A stretch of 64,000 bases of DNA from Candidatus Pacearchaeota archaeon (GCA_050124795.1 JASFEO010000002.1:26797-90796); one strand, 5' to 3'. Shown: positions 41,325 through 51,406, counted from the first letter of the stretch. A program made the numbers and translations. Notes: generated by a model not told the origin, from the sequence alone.

Positions 41325-42815
41325 TCAATACCCAGGCAAACCCAGATAATTTCTACTGTCCCCGCAGTCTGTAATTGATGTGCAAATTTGTTTCATCTTT
41401 GCTTTCCATGAATCTAACAAGCACTCGCAATTCAAAATGCATTTGCTTCCTCCAACCATTTTTTTCCTGATTAAAACAACGCAGGTTGCATCTCCCATTG
41501 AACATAAAGAATTCACATCCCCGCTTGATTCCCAAAAATCAACACCCGGAGAATAAAGCGGCACACATGCCCCCCCGCTTTGTTTTACTAATCCCGGAGT
41601 GTCTCCTTGTTTTGGAACCCATCCTGCATCAATCCATTTGCAATCCCTTTTATCTTCATCCTCGCAATTTCTCTTATTTTGCTGAGAATAGCATTCCTGC
41701 CAGCGGTTCACTCTGCATGCAGCAGTTTTAAACCCATTAACTTCTGACTGAAGACAAACTTCCTGGCGATAATCTGCACAAGACTCTATACTGACTTCAC
41801 CATTATAACAAACTAACCTAAAATTTCTGCTTCCCGGAAGATTATCATCAACCCCCTTTGCATCAGCGCACCATGTTTCCCCGTGCTTATATTTTTCCCC
41901 TTCATAAACACAATCAAGGTCATGGCAAATATTATCTCCATATATCGGTGAGATTGAAGTCTTTGTCTTGCATGTGCTTCCAAGATAATAATTGCAATTC
42001 CCGCAGATTCTCGAATCTGCATTCCCCTCGTCATTATTAAATCCGCAGCTGTCTTCCTTTCCAACTATTTTTGACCAATAACTCTTATCCCTTATTCTGG
42101 TTGCATCATAAATGTTCGCTAAGTTCCCGCAGCTATCTAAAAAGTAAACCTCATCACGTCCTTCAACACAAGTTGTTTGTTCAGTTGGCCCGCAATTAGT
42201 TCCAAGACTTTCATCAGAACAAAGATAATCTTCATAAAAATCTGCCTCTGTTCCGGAGCCTTCCAATTCCTTGCATTCCTTTTTTGTTATAAGTAAGCAA
42301 GTCTTTTCAAATTCCTTTTCAAAAACACACGCACCCTTGACATCTGAAGTCGCGCTCTCAATGCATTCAATCTCATTACCAAAATTTGTCTTAAAAAGAA
42401 TTTCCAATCCATATAATGAAGATAATCTCTTGCATCTTGTCTGCGTTACATACGCGGCCTGATCTCCAATAAGACAGCAACCTAATTGGCACTGCGGCAA
42501 ATCTTCTGGCTCTCCTGCTTCCCACACCCCTCCATTATCTTCACAACTTTTCTGAGGAGTGTTTGGGTCACACGTTCCTTCCTGGCTGTCATAGCATGTT
42601 CCCTTTTTGCAATAACTTGTTGCCTCGCATGAGGTAGGCGCTTTTTTAAAATCCTCATCACAATTTTCTTCAGGAGCATTCTGGCACCATGCCCCCCCGG
42701 AACCATCTGACTCTAAAGAAGTTTTCTCACAACAATAAGAAACTTCAGAATTTGCAAAACTCATTAATCCGACTAACAAAACCACTAAACTAATTATTAA
42801 AAATATTTTTTTCAT
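41325..42815 (-). CDS. Cys-rich secreted protein
   Basis: 496 aa; Sec signal MKKIFLIISLVVLLVGLMSFA; about 50 Cys. Confidence 0.5.
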   Translation of the reverse strand: MKKIFLIISLVVLLVGLMSFANSEVSYCCEKTSLESDGSGGAWCQNAPEENCDEDFKKAPTSCEATSYCKKGTCYDSQEGTCDPNTPQKSCEDNGGVWEAGEPEDLPQCQLGCCLIGDQAAYVTQTRCKRLSSLYGLEILFKTNFGNEIECIESATSDVKGACVFEKEFEKTCLLITKKECKELEGSGTEADFYEDYLCSDESLGTNCGPTEQTTCVEGRDEVYFLDSCGNLANIYDATRIRDKSYWSKIVGKEDSCGFNNDEGNADSRICGNCNYYLGSTCKTKTSISPIYGDNICHDLDCVYEGEKYKHGETWCADAKGVDDNLPGSRNFRLVCYNGEVSIESCADYRQEVCLQSEVNGFKTAACRVNRWQECYSQQNKRNCEDEDKRDCKWIDAGWVPKQGDTPGLVKQSGGACVPLYSPGVDFWESSGDVNSLCSMGDATCVVLIRKKMVGGSKCILNCECLLDSWKAKMKQICTSITDCGDSRNYLGLPGY

Positions 42816-43180
42816 TTTAATTCTCCATCCAGATTTTCCCGTATCATTTTCTTTTCTTTAATCTTTTCATAAGCATACCCTATTAATGCTCCAAGAACTA
42901 TGTAAAACCCTAATATAAATATTACTGCAAGAATCCCTTTCGCACTTGTCCCAAGATTTTTCAAAAAACCTATTTTCACAATCGAAGAAGGAAACCCCAG
43001 AAGTTGGATATATTTTATCCAAAAACAATTAAAAAAAGTTTCTTTACCGTCAATGCATGCAAACCTGTCAAAATTTGGCAAATAATTTACAACAAAAAAA
43101 TAAACAAGACTAAAAAAAACTCCAATAATCCCGCCGCTAATCCAGCATTCTCCTTTTTTTACCTTATCATCTTCTTTCAT
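42812..43180 (-). CDS. membrane protein
   Basis: 122 aa, 3 TM. Confidence 0.35.
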   Translation of the reverse strand: MKEDDKVKKGECWISGGIIGVFFSLVYFFVVNYLPNFDRFACIDGKETFFNCFWIKYIQLLGFPSSIVKIGFLKNLGTSAKGILAVIFILGFYIVLGALIGYAYEKIKEKKMIRENLDGELK

Positions 43181-43953
43181 AATATCACCACATCTGTTCT
43201 ATACCCCGGAGGCCATGCAACACTTCTGGAAGCAAACTGAAACTTCTCATCTGTATTCCTGTCAGTCAAAACATAAATCGTTGTCCCGTCAGTTTGCTTT
43301 TGCTTTTCAACCTTGACATCATGATAATAATTCATATACAATGTGGTCTCTGAATCCCCATACTCTGCTTCCCACGATAAAATGCTATTTGCAATGCTTA
43401 ATAATTCATAAAGATTTTTATCAAAAGAAATTTTAAAAGATTCATAATTCTCAGTTGATTCTCTCTCAAGAGTTAAAGTATTATTAAAAATTACAGAAAC
43501 TTCCCCCGGCGTAATCTCAACTCCCATCTCTGCCCTCTTCAAATTAACAGAATATCTCTTTCTTTCATAACTTTCAACAAGGGAATCAAAACATTCATCT
43601 GCAGTCTCTTCAATATACTTTTTAATCTCTGTTTCAATGTGCCTCTTCAACAAAGGCTCCTGCATCACGCATGTTAAATAATATTCATTTGTATAACAAA
43701 GATATCCGATTTTCTCATCATTCTTCAAAAAATAAAATTTAGGTTTAATATATCCTCCATGAATTGATAATTCCGCAATTGAATCTTCAACTTCATCCTC
43801 AATGCAATTCCTGATAAATGCTGAAGGAGTTTTTGCCTCTGTTTCAAAATTTGTCTTTATATCCGGATAAAACATATAAATTAAAATTCCCAAAACCACA
43901 ATTATAATCCCAACAATTATAAAAATAGTCACTTGCCCCTTTTTATTTTCCAT
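43177..43953 (-). CDS. type IV pilin-like protein
   Basis: 258 aa; NKKGQVTIFIIVGIIIVVLGILIYMF. Confidence 0.5.
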   Translation of the reverse strand: MENKKGQVTIFIIVGIIIVVLGILIYMFYPDIKTNFETEAKTPSAFIRNCIEDEVEDSIAELSIHGGYIKPKFYFLKNDEKIGYLCYTNEYYLTCVMQEPLLKRHIETEIKKYIEETADECFDSLVESYERKRYSVNLKRAEMGVEITPGEVSVIFNNTLTLERESTENYESFKISFDKNLYELLSIANSILSWEAEYGDSETTLYMNYYHDVKVEKQKQTDGTTIYVLTDRNTDEKFQFASRSVAWPPGYRTDVVIL

Positions 43954-43998
43954 ATAAAAATCATGGAAAAGATGTTTATAAATTTTCCTTCAATGAAA

Positions 43999-44415
43999 TT
44001 AATCTTGCCAGGCATCAACTAAATTATTCAAATAAATCTTTTCGTTCTCAGGAAGTTTTCCTTTGCTAAATAAGCCAAGCAAATTATCCAGTCTTTTCGC
44101 AGTATGAAAAATTAAATCAATATCATTTCCCTCCGACTTCATTAACAACGGAATCAGATAGTCTGCTTTATTTAATCCCTCAACTGTTTTAGAATCAAAA
44201 CTAAATTTTCTATTTTTCATATCCTCTCTTAATTTTCCAATTCCATGAATCATACTTCCGAGATATTCTTCTCGAACAATATTAATATTTCTTTTATGTG
44301 TCTGAGTAATTGAAACTCCTGCCAAATCAGAAATAACTGCATTACTCACTATGCTCAATGAAGCCCATAATCTATTTGGGATTTCTCCTTTCTTTGTATA
44401 ATCAATTTCTTCCAT
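43999..44415 (-). CDS. hypothetical protein
   Basis: 138 aa. Confidence 0.3.
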   Translation of the reverse strand: MEEIDYTKKGEIPNRLWASLSIVSNAVISDLAGVSITQTHKRNINIVREEYLGSMIHGIGKLREDMKNRKFSFDSKTVEGLNKADYLIPLLMKSEGNDIDLIFHTAKRLDNLLGLFSKGKLPENEKIYLNNLVDAWQD

Positions 44416-44418
44416 TTT

Positions 44419-45144
44419 TTAGTCTTCAGTTTCAACCCTCGGAGCCAAAATAAAATTTAATTCCATGTGTTCTGCTTTCACATCCATTTTTAACGGATGA
44501 TCTTCAGCAAAATTTAAAATTGTTTTATCTGTGAGTTTTGAAGCCTTGATAAATTTTGACAAATATTCTAAACTATATCTTGACTTGCAGTCTTCAGCTT
44601 TTATTTCTGCTTCATCACTTGAAAACTCTGACCTTGCTGAATTTAATCCCTTTGCTTCAATTATAAATTTCCCCTCATTAATCATAAATGCGCAGGCATC
44701 AGCAACAACAGAAGCATCCTCAATCGAAGCAATCAAATCAACAGAATTTAAATTCACCCTCGAAGAAAATTCCAAATTTGGCATTTCCTTGTCCTCACTT
44801 TCAACTTCAACTAAATTAAGACTAAAATTTCTTCTTATCCTGTCTTCAATTAAAATATTCAATTGATTTTCTTTTTTTTCTATTGTTAAAGAACTTCTTA
44901 CCCCTGCTCTCTTTAGAATTTTTTTTAAACTATCCAAATTAACTCCCAAAACTTCGCTGTCTGTTTCAAATTGAATAAAAGCAGATTTCGGCAGCTTAAA
45001 ACCAACCATCGCAACATTTGCCGGATCAATTGCAGTTATACTCATTCCAAATTCATTAACCTTTAACCTAACTTCCGTAACAAGTTCATTAATCAAATCA
45101 ATTGCTTTTGAAAGAACCTGCGGCTTATCCAATTTAATTAACAT
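44419..45144 (-). CDS. pcn: DNA polymerase sliding clamp PCNA
   Basis: 241 aa; two-domain PCNA pattern; C-terminal acidic tail. Confidence 0.85.
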   Translation of the reverse strand: MLIKLDKPQVLSKAIDLINELVTEVRLKVNEFGMSITAIDPANVAMVGFKLPKSAFIQFETDSEVLGVNLDSLKKILKRAGVRSSLTIEKKENQLNILIEDRIRRNFSLNLVEVESEDKEMPNLEFSSRVNLNSVDLIASIEDASVVADACAFMINEGKFIIEAKGLNSARSEFSSDEAEIKAEDCKSRYSLEYLSKFIKASKLTDKTILNFAEDHPLKMDVKAEHMELNFILAPRVETED

Positions 45145-45284
45145 ATTTAGAATAAAATAATTTCTCTTTTAAATATTATTGTGTTGATATGCATTCAAAA
45201 TCCCTCAATAACTTTATAAATAGAAATTTCTTCAAAATTAAATCCGTTTAGGAAAGAAGATTAAAAACTTCTGGATAATTTCAA

Positions 45285-46052
45285 ATGTCTAAAGTAATTG
45301 TAATAACATCCGGAAAAGGAGGAGTTGGAAAGACAACAACTGCAATAAATTTAGGCGCTGCTATGAATTATTTTGGCAAAGATGTATTGGTTGTCGACGG
45401 AAATTTGTCAACTCCCAACATTGGAATACATTTAAATTCACCTGAAGTGCCGGTAAGTTTAAACCATGTGTTGTCAAAAAAAGCAGACATTAACGAGGCT
45501 GTTTATGAACATTATTCAGGAATGAAAATTATCCCCTCTTCATTATCAATAAAAGAATTAAAGAAAATCAGGCCCCAAAAATTAAAAGATTTTAAAGAAG
45601 ATTTTGGAAAAATTTCTGACTATATAATTATTGACAGCGCCGCGGGATTAGGTGAAGAAGCAACAAGCGCAATTGAAGCAGCAGATGAATTAATTTTAGT
45701 TACAAACCCTGAAATACCTGCAATAACTGATGCATTAAAAACTGTGAAATTAGCTGAAACAATGAACAAGCCTGTAAAAGGAATAATAATCACCCGTGTA
45801 AGAAAAGATGAAATTGAAATGCAGCCCGACGCTGTCAAAGAAATGCTTGAGGCACAAATTTTAGGAATGATTCCTGAGGACATGACAATAAAAAAATCAC
45901 TTAACTTAAAAGATGCAGTTGTTCACATTTACCCAAAAAGCAAATCCGCACGTGCTTACAAAGAAATCGCAGCAAAAATCCTTGATGTAAATTATGACTC
46001 AGACATAGACAAGCCAAATTTTTGGTTTAGAATTTTTTCAAGAGATTATTAA
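45285..46052 (+). CDS. minD: MinD/ParA-family cell division ATPase
   Basis: 255 aa; deviant Walker A ITSGKGGVGKTTTA. Confidence 0.85.
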   Translation: MSKVIVITSGKGGVGKTTTAINLGAAMNYFGKDVLVVDGNLSTPNIGIHLNSPEVPVSLNHVLSKKADINEAVYEHYSGMKIIPSSLSIKELKKIRPQKLKDFKEDFGKISDYIIIDSAAGLGEEATSAIEAADELILVTNPEIPAITDALKTVKLAETMNKPVKGIIITRVRKDEIEMQPDAVKEMLEAQILGMIPEDMTIKKSLNLKDAVVHIYPKSKSARAYKEIAAKILDVNYDSDIDKPNFWFRIFSRDY

Positions 46053-46122
46053 TCATATACTTTATTATATATAATTGAATATATATTTTACATTATATAT
46101 GTTGTAAAATATATTTTAGAAT

Positions 46123-46524
46123 TCAATTTAAAATTCTTTCCACATAACCATGCAATATTCCGCAAGCAAATTTTTTATCAATTAATCCTCTAAAAATCTT
46201 TTGTTCATAAGTTTTATCAACCCATCTGATTTTAATCTGGCCATTCTCCATTTTATATTCTCCAATTAACCCCCCTGAAACATTGTATCTATCAGGGTTG
46301 AATTGTTCTTGTAAAAATTCCTGAAAACCATGATTGTCAATCTCAAAATCTTCTGTTGGATGATGAAAGCCAGTTTCTAAATTTCCTCCTTCATAAAATA
46401 CAATTGTATTTGGATCTACAGGCTGCTCATCAACTGAAAACAAACCTAAAACACCTCTTCCATTAAAACTCTTTGTTATCCTTGTTAAATTTTTTCCGTC
46501 AAATAAATAAAATTTCATAATCAA
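46123..46524 (-). CDS. hypothetical protein
   Basis: 133 aa. Confidence 0.35.
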   Translation of the reverse strand: MIMKFYLFDGKNLTRITKSFNGRGVLGLFSVDEQPVDPNTIVFYEGGNLETGFHHPTEDFEIDNHGFQEFLQEQFNPDRYNVSGGLIGEYKMENGQIKIRWVDKTYEQKIFRGLIDKKFACGILHGYVERILN

Positions 46525-46568
46525 ACTTAGTTTTGATTCTTTAAAAATATTATTGTAATAAAATTAAA

Positions 46569-46859
46569 TTATATTAAATAAAGTTTTCTTAAAATTTCTT
46601 CAATTGTATTTTTATATTCTCCTTCATCTTTGAAGTCTGCGCGTTTTTTTGTCCAGTCAATAATTGCATAATTTTTTCCGTCAGAATGAAGTTTTATATA
46701 ACACCGAAATGCATCCTTATCTAAAACTTTCCTGAATATTTCAACTCCATATATTTTTCTGATTGCTTTTCCAACTTTGCTGACAGGGTAAGTATCAAAA
46801 TTTCTAAGGGGGTCAAAAAATCCGTCAGTTGAATTGCTCATAATAAATTCCTTAAACAC
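46569..46859 (-). CDS. hypothetical small protein (paralog of 49913-50167)
   Basis: shared G.E....K......F...........Y..IDW..K..DF....Y...I pattern. Confidence 0.35.
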   Translation of the reverse strand: MFKEFIMSNSTDGFFDPLRNFDTYPVSKVGKAIRKIYGVEIFRKVLDKDAFRCYIKLHSDGKNYAIIDWTKKRADFKDEGEYKNTIEEILRKLYLI

Positions 46860-46885
46860 GATTATAAAAAGATTATTGTGATAGA

Positions 46886-47731
46886 TTATTTATTTCTAAA
46901 TTCCTTTAAAAAATGCTTCCTCATTTCCTCTGCTAAATTTTTGTCTTTATTCATTGTAACGCGAATTATTGATTTTTCTTCTAAGACTTCTCTTAACAAA
47001 TTAAAAACATCTTTTTTCTTAAGATACTTCTTCATTTTCTCCTTTAAATTTTCAGGAATAAAAATCTGAATAAAGTAATCCCCGAATACAATTGAATCAT
47101 TTGAAACTGTTTGCTTTACTGTTTTATGATTCACCCCGATTAATGAATAAAATTTTGCAAGCTGTTCTTCAATCCATGAGCTCCCGCAATTAATAAAATA
47201 AAATTTATGATTTCTTTTCCCCAGTTTTTTAAAATAATTATATTCTGCCCTCAAATAAAAAATCGGCTTCCACTCATTCGCAGTTTTGTAGCACACAACA
47301 TCATCCTTAGTTTTTATTAATTCATTTTTTATAAAATAATATAGGTATTTCTCAGCGTCGAAAATTGTTTCAAAAGTCAGCACAATAAAATCTTCTCCCT
47401 TATTTGATTTGTGAACCCCGGACAAAGTCTTTACTTTTTCTTTTGCATAATAATTTGTTTCAACTATGTCAGTAAAACTCTGCAATTTCTTAACCCATGA
47501 AATATTTATTTCATATTTCTTGTCAAATTTTTTCAAAACATTTTTTGAATATAACTCATTAACAGCCTTATAAACAGATTGGTAGGTTGCTGAATATCCA
47601 TATTGCTTTTTTATTCTAAAATAAATCTGTCTTAGTGAAAGCGGCCACTCAAAAGAAAGAAGAGTAATCACTGCGTCTTTTGTTGTTTTAGGTTTTGCAG
47701 AAAGTTCAGGCACAATTAAATCAAATGTCAT
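46886..47731 (-). CDS. winged-helix domain protein (putative regulator)
   Basis: 281 aa; N-terminal wH; divergent from four-gene operon. Confidence 0.4.
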   Translation of the reverse strand: MTFDLIVPELSAKPKTTKDAVITLLSFEWPLSLRQIYFRIKKQYGYSATYQSVYKAVNELYSKNVLKKFDKKYEINISWVKKLQSFTDIVETNYYAKEKVKTLSGVHKSNKGEDFIVLTFETIFDAEKYLYYFIKNELIKTKDDVVCYKTANEWKPIFYLRAEYNYFKKLGKRNHKFYFINCGSSWIEEQLAKFYSLIGVNHKTVKQTVSNDSIVFGDYFIQIFIPENLKEKMKKYLKKKDVFNLLREVLEEKSIIRVTMNKDKNLAEEMRKHFLKEFRNK

Positions 47732-47821
47732 GAAGAATTTTAATAAATTTATTTAATAAACTTTTTGGTTTAATTTTTTTTAAACCTTAGGTTAATAATA
47801 AATTAAGAATTTTAGTTTTGC

Positions 47822-48259
47822 ATGTCAAAAAAAGAGATTAAAAAAAATTTAACAACTCTCACAAAAACATTTAGAGACATCTTGAAAATTTCAAAAAAAT
47901 ATTCTTATCTTTGGGATAATGATGAAAACTTCAAAGAAAATCAATACAATTATGTGGATAAAAATATTTACCTTGCCCGCGGATTTATTGCCGCAGATGA
48001 ATCTTTTAGTATTTTCATAACAAGGAAAAATAAAAAGTTTGTTTTTGACGGCAGAGGGTTTTGCAGTAATGAATCAGGATTAAATGCAACTGAAGCTGCA
48101 AAAAGAATTCTCATGCGTTTTGATGGATATAACATTACTGAAGAAAAATTAAGAAGAAGATATTTTGAAGGGTTAAAAGAAATTCTTTCTAGGGACATTG
48201 CAAGAAAAGGATTAAAAGAAATTGGTCTGGAAAATGAGGTAATGAAGAATGAAGAATAA
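47822..48259 (+). CDS. hypothetical protein (operon gene 1 of 4)
   Basis: 145 aa; overlaps next ORF. Confidence 0.35.
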   Translation: MSKKEIKKNLTTLTKTFRDILKISKKYSYLWDNDENFKENQYNYVDKNIYLARGFIAADESFSIFITRKNKKFVFDGRGFCSNESGLNATEAAKRILMRFDGYNITEEKLRRRYFEGLKEILSRDIARKGLKEIGLENEVMKNEE

Positions 48260-48626
48260 GTCTCCAATTAAATTTTCTCCAGAACTTCCGTTAAATGCAA
48301 TTCTTTTGGAGAGTGTTTTATGTGACGAAAAAAATCCTGAAAAATTAAAATTAATAATAGACTCTTATGCAGATAAAAAAGATTCACGCTGGCATCATTT
48401 AACAACAATTTCTCAGTCAATAGCATCAAGAGGAGAATTGTATAACTCATGTGATGCTGTTGCAAGACAAACTTATGTGGGTTATGTCGGAGACAAGTCC
48501 TCAGGAAAAATCTGGGGCATTCATCCAACAAATCCGATTGCAAGAGTTTACTCTCTGGATGAAAAAAGGGGTAGGGAATATTTTGAAGAATTAAAAAGAA
48601 GGGGGCTATGGAATGATTCAAATTGA
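48249..48626 (+). CDS. hypothetical protein (operon gene 2 of 4)
   Basis: 125 aa. Confidence 0.35.
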   Translation: MKNKSPIKFSPELPLNAILLESVLCDEKNPEKLKLIIDSYADKKDSRWHHLTTISQSIASRGELYNSCDAVARQTYVGYVGDKSSGKIWGIHPTNPIARVYSLDEKRGREYFEELKRRGLWNDSN

Positions 48627-49020
48627 CTCTCAAAATTACTTAGCTTCAATTGTAAGCAAAAATAAAAAGGAATATTGTTCTGCTCTTGAAAAATCAGGAA
48701 TTTATAATGCATGCGAGGAAAATCTAAAAGGACTTCTTGAATTATTAGATCCATTTTTTGATTTGTTAAATAAAACCTTCTGGCTTCACGAACCTGGAAA
48801 CCTTCATGTTTTTCCAAAAAACCCCTGGGAAGAGGCTCTTTTTCAGGGCCTTTTCCAGATGAATCTTGTCTCAAATGACAAAACTCATATCTCACTAACT
48901 AAAGAAGGCTATGATTTAATCCCTCTTTATAGAAAAAAGAAAAATCTTCCGACTAAACAAGAAGAAAGGCAAATGATAATTGATAGGATAATTGCATATT
49001 CAGAAAAACTTGGATGGTAA
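48613..49020 (+). CDS. hypothetical protein (operon gene 3 of 4)
   Basis: 135 aa. Confidence 0.35.
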   Translation: MIQIDSQNYLASIVSKNKKEYCSALEKSGIYNACEENLKGLLELLDPFFDLLNKTFWLHEPGNLHVFPKNPWEEALFQGLFQMNLVSNDKTHISLTKEGYDLIPLYRKKKNLPTKQEERQMIIDRIIAYSEKLGW

Positions 49021-49045
49021 AAAAGATGAAAGGAGGTAAATTAAA

Positions 49046-49393
49046 ATGGATTTATACACATTAGTAGCACAGGATAAAATTGCTCTTGGAAAAGAGATAG
49101 AAGAACCTGCCCCGGATAAACTTACTCTGGACATAAAATACCATCTCAAGGAAGATGAATTTGAAATTAATTCAAACATAAGAGAAGGCGGAAGAAAAGA
49201 TTTAGTTGAAACTTTTCTAAGAAGCCAAATAGGAAAAGGCAAAGACAAAAGAAAAGCAAATGAAAGAGATGTTTATAGTATCAGATTGGAATGGTATCCG
49301 CAAAACGACGATATAATTGTAAGCAGTGATACTGGAAACAAAGGTTTAAGAGAAGGAATTCTTATGCACTATCTTGAAACATTAGATGACTAA
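49046..49393 (+). CDS. hypothetical protein (operon gene 4 of 4)
   Basis: 115 aa. Confidence 0.35.
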   Translation: MDLYTLVAQDKIALGKEIEEPAPDKLTLDIKYHLKEDEFEINSNIREGGRKDLVETFLRSQIGKGKDKRKANERDVYSIRLEWYPQNDDIIVSSDTGNKGLREGILMHYLETLDD

Positions 49394-49422
49394 AACCAAT
49401 AAAATTATTTTATTATTTTTTA

Positions 49423-49776
49423 TTATCTATAAGAAAATCTCCTGCTGATAATTTCTAAGGATTTTCTCGAGGGAATTTCCAAATAATCATCGCAATTATT
49501 TTCATCTAAAATATTTGCAAGTTCAATTTGTTTTTTTAATTTTTTTAAATTCTCAGGACTCGTGTCTTCAAGGTCATATTTTATTATTATACTCGTGTGA
49601 GAAAAAGGTCTTCCTGAAATCCCCTTTGATTCTGCAATCTTTTGCCACGGTTTTAACTCTTTACTCCAGACATGCCCTCCTCTTAGCTCATACTTCTTTG
49701 GATATTTTTCAATAACATCGTTATAATCAATTCCATTATTAGAGTCTAATGTCCACATAAAAAATTCAGTCTTCAT
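49423..49776 (-). CDS. hypothetical protein
   Basis: 117 aa. Confidence 0.35.
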   Translation of the reverse strand: MKTEFFMWTLDSNNGIDYNDVIEKYPKKYELRGGHVWSKELKPWQKIAESKGISGRPFSHTSIIIKYDLEDTSPENLKKLKKQIELANILDENNCDDYLEIPSRKSLEIISRRFSYR

Positions 49777-49912
49777 GAGTTTATATTAATTATTATTCTG
49801 GAAAACATATAATCAAAATAACACTTGTTTAATGAGCAAGATAAAATTAAAACCAATTAAGATTAACCTTTTAAAACAAGTCTTGCATTTTTCTTAATTA
49901 AATTAACTGACT

Positions 49913-50167
49913 TTAATGCATTGAAATTTTTTCCCTATAGCAATCGCTTCCAAAATCCCCGACTTTTTCCTGCCAGTCAATAACACTGTAAACTTTATCA
50001 TTTGAAATCATTTTTACAACTCCAAAAAGAACGTCCTCTCTTCGCATTTTTTGCGCAACCTCAAGACCGTGCCTCTCTCTAATAAAACCTATTGCTTCTC
50101 TCAATTTATAAAATTTGCAGCCTTCTTCAAAAATCGTTTCCTCAGGCATTTCATATAATTCATCCAT
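49913..50167 (-). CDS. hypothetical small protein (paralog of 46569-46859)
   Basis: 84 aa. Confidence 0.35.
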   Translation of the reverse strand: MDELYEMPEETIFEEGCKFYKLREAIGFIRERHGLEVAQKMRREDVLFGVVKMISNDKVYSVIDWQEKVGDFGSDCYREKISMH

Positions 50168-50241
50168 TCAAATCAAACCAAAAAACTCCTTATAAAAATT
50201 ATTGCAATAGAAAACTATATTTGCATTATATATAATCTATA

Positions 50242-50493
50242 TTAACTAACCTTCATCCCAACCTTGACATCTTTCTCAGGCGAGATAACAGAATCATTAA
50301 CCAATGGAACAACCAAATTATTTTCCTTAATCCCGACAATTATTTTCTTCCCCTTTTTCACATTAATTTTTTGTTTCAATTCCAGAACTTTTTCACCAAC
50401 ATCAACTTTAATATTTTCTTCATCTATTTCAACAACTTCTCCGACTATTAAATCAACTTTCATCCAATCTTCAAAATTAATTTCTGGTTTCAT
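50242..50493 (-). CDS. stand-alone tRNA-binding domain protein (Trbp111/CsaA-like)
   Basis: 83 aa; INFEDWMKVDLIVGEV OB-fold start. Confidence 0.6.
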   Translation of the reverse strand: MKPEINFEDWMKVDLIVGEVVEIDEENIKVDVGEKVLELKQKINVKKGKKIIVGIKENNLVVPLVNDSVISPEKDVKVGMKVS

Positions 50494-51056
50494 TTTTTAT
50501 AAACTGATTTAATGAATGATCTTATTTGTGAAGCGACAATTTCAATAAGCTCGTTTAACTTTAAAACAAACACAGGGTTAATATCAACTTTCTCATTTAA
50601 TAATTTTTCTTTTACAGAAATTCCCCTTGACAAAAGGATTGATTTTATTTTTGAGTTTAGTTCATAATTTAATAAGTTTCTTGAATTTTTGCAAACAATA
50701 ACTCCTAATTGCAACTCAGCATTTTTTAATGAAGATAAAAACAAATCAACATCTGTTGAATCAATTAATTTATATTTAATCTGCAAACCCAATTTAACTT
50801 CTCCTAAAAATCCCACACTAAAATTAAGAAATCCATCAATACCTCTATCTCTGGTTTTTGGAGTTTTAACTAATGCTATATTCATATACTCAAAAAATTC
50901 ATAGATTATTTCTTCAAATGTGAAACCTTTATTTTCCGAGGATTCAATTCTTTTTTTAACTCTTTCAAAAATAAACTCTTTAATTTTTTCTTCTTCAAAA
51001 CAAATGTCTTCATCAAAGGTTATTTCTTCTTCTAAACTTGAAAAAAGATTATTCAT
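50490..51056 (-). CDS. Mrr-like restriction-endonuclease-fold protein
   Basis: 188 aa; TRDRGIDGF...GEVKL...QIKYK PD-(D/E)xK-like. Confidence 0.4.
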   Translation of the reverse strand: MNNLFSSLEEEITFDEDICFEEEKIKEFIFERVKKRIESSENKGFTFEEIIYEFFEYMNIALVKTPKTRDRGIDGFLNFSVGFLGEVKLGLQIKYKLIDSTDVDLFLSSLKNAELQLGVIVCKNSRNLLNYELNSKIKSILLSRGISVKEKLLNEKVDINPVFVLKLNELIEIVASQIRSFIKSVYKK

Positions 51057-51406
51057 TTTACAAAATTAATTTTGCTCCCATTTTCTTTTTTCTCCTTTGG
51101 AGAGATTAAAACACAAACATTCTCTTCTTTACTTCCTGCTGCTAAAAGCATTCCTTCACTTAATATACCCCTCATTTTTCGAGGAGCTAAGTTAGCTAAA
51201 ACAATTATTTTTTTATTTAGAAGTTCATCTTTAGAATAATATTTCTTAATTCCTGCGCAAATTGTTCTCATTTTTTCTTCACCTAAATCAACACTTAATT
51301 TGTAAAGTAAATCAGCTCCTTCTATTTCTGTGGCTTCTTTTATCTCACCAACTCGCAAATCAAGTTTCATCCAGTCTTCAAAATTAATTTTTGCTATTCC
51401 CTCCAT
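51053..51406 (-). CDS. stand-alone tRNA-binding domain protein (Trbp111-like), paralog
   Basis: 117 aa; INFEDWMKLDLRVGEI. Confidence 0.65.
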   Translation of the reverse strand: MEGIAKINFEDWMKLDLRVGEIKEATEIEGADLLYKLSVDLGEEKMRTICAGIKKYYSKDELLNKKIIVLANLAPRKMRGILSEGMLLAAGSKEENVCVLISPKEKKENGSKINFVK

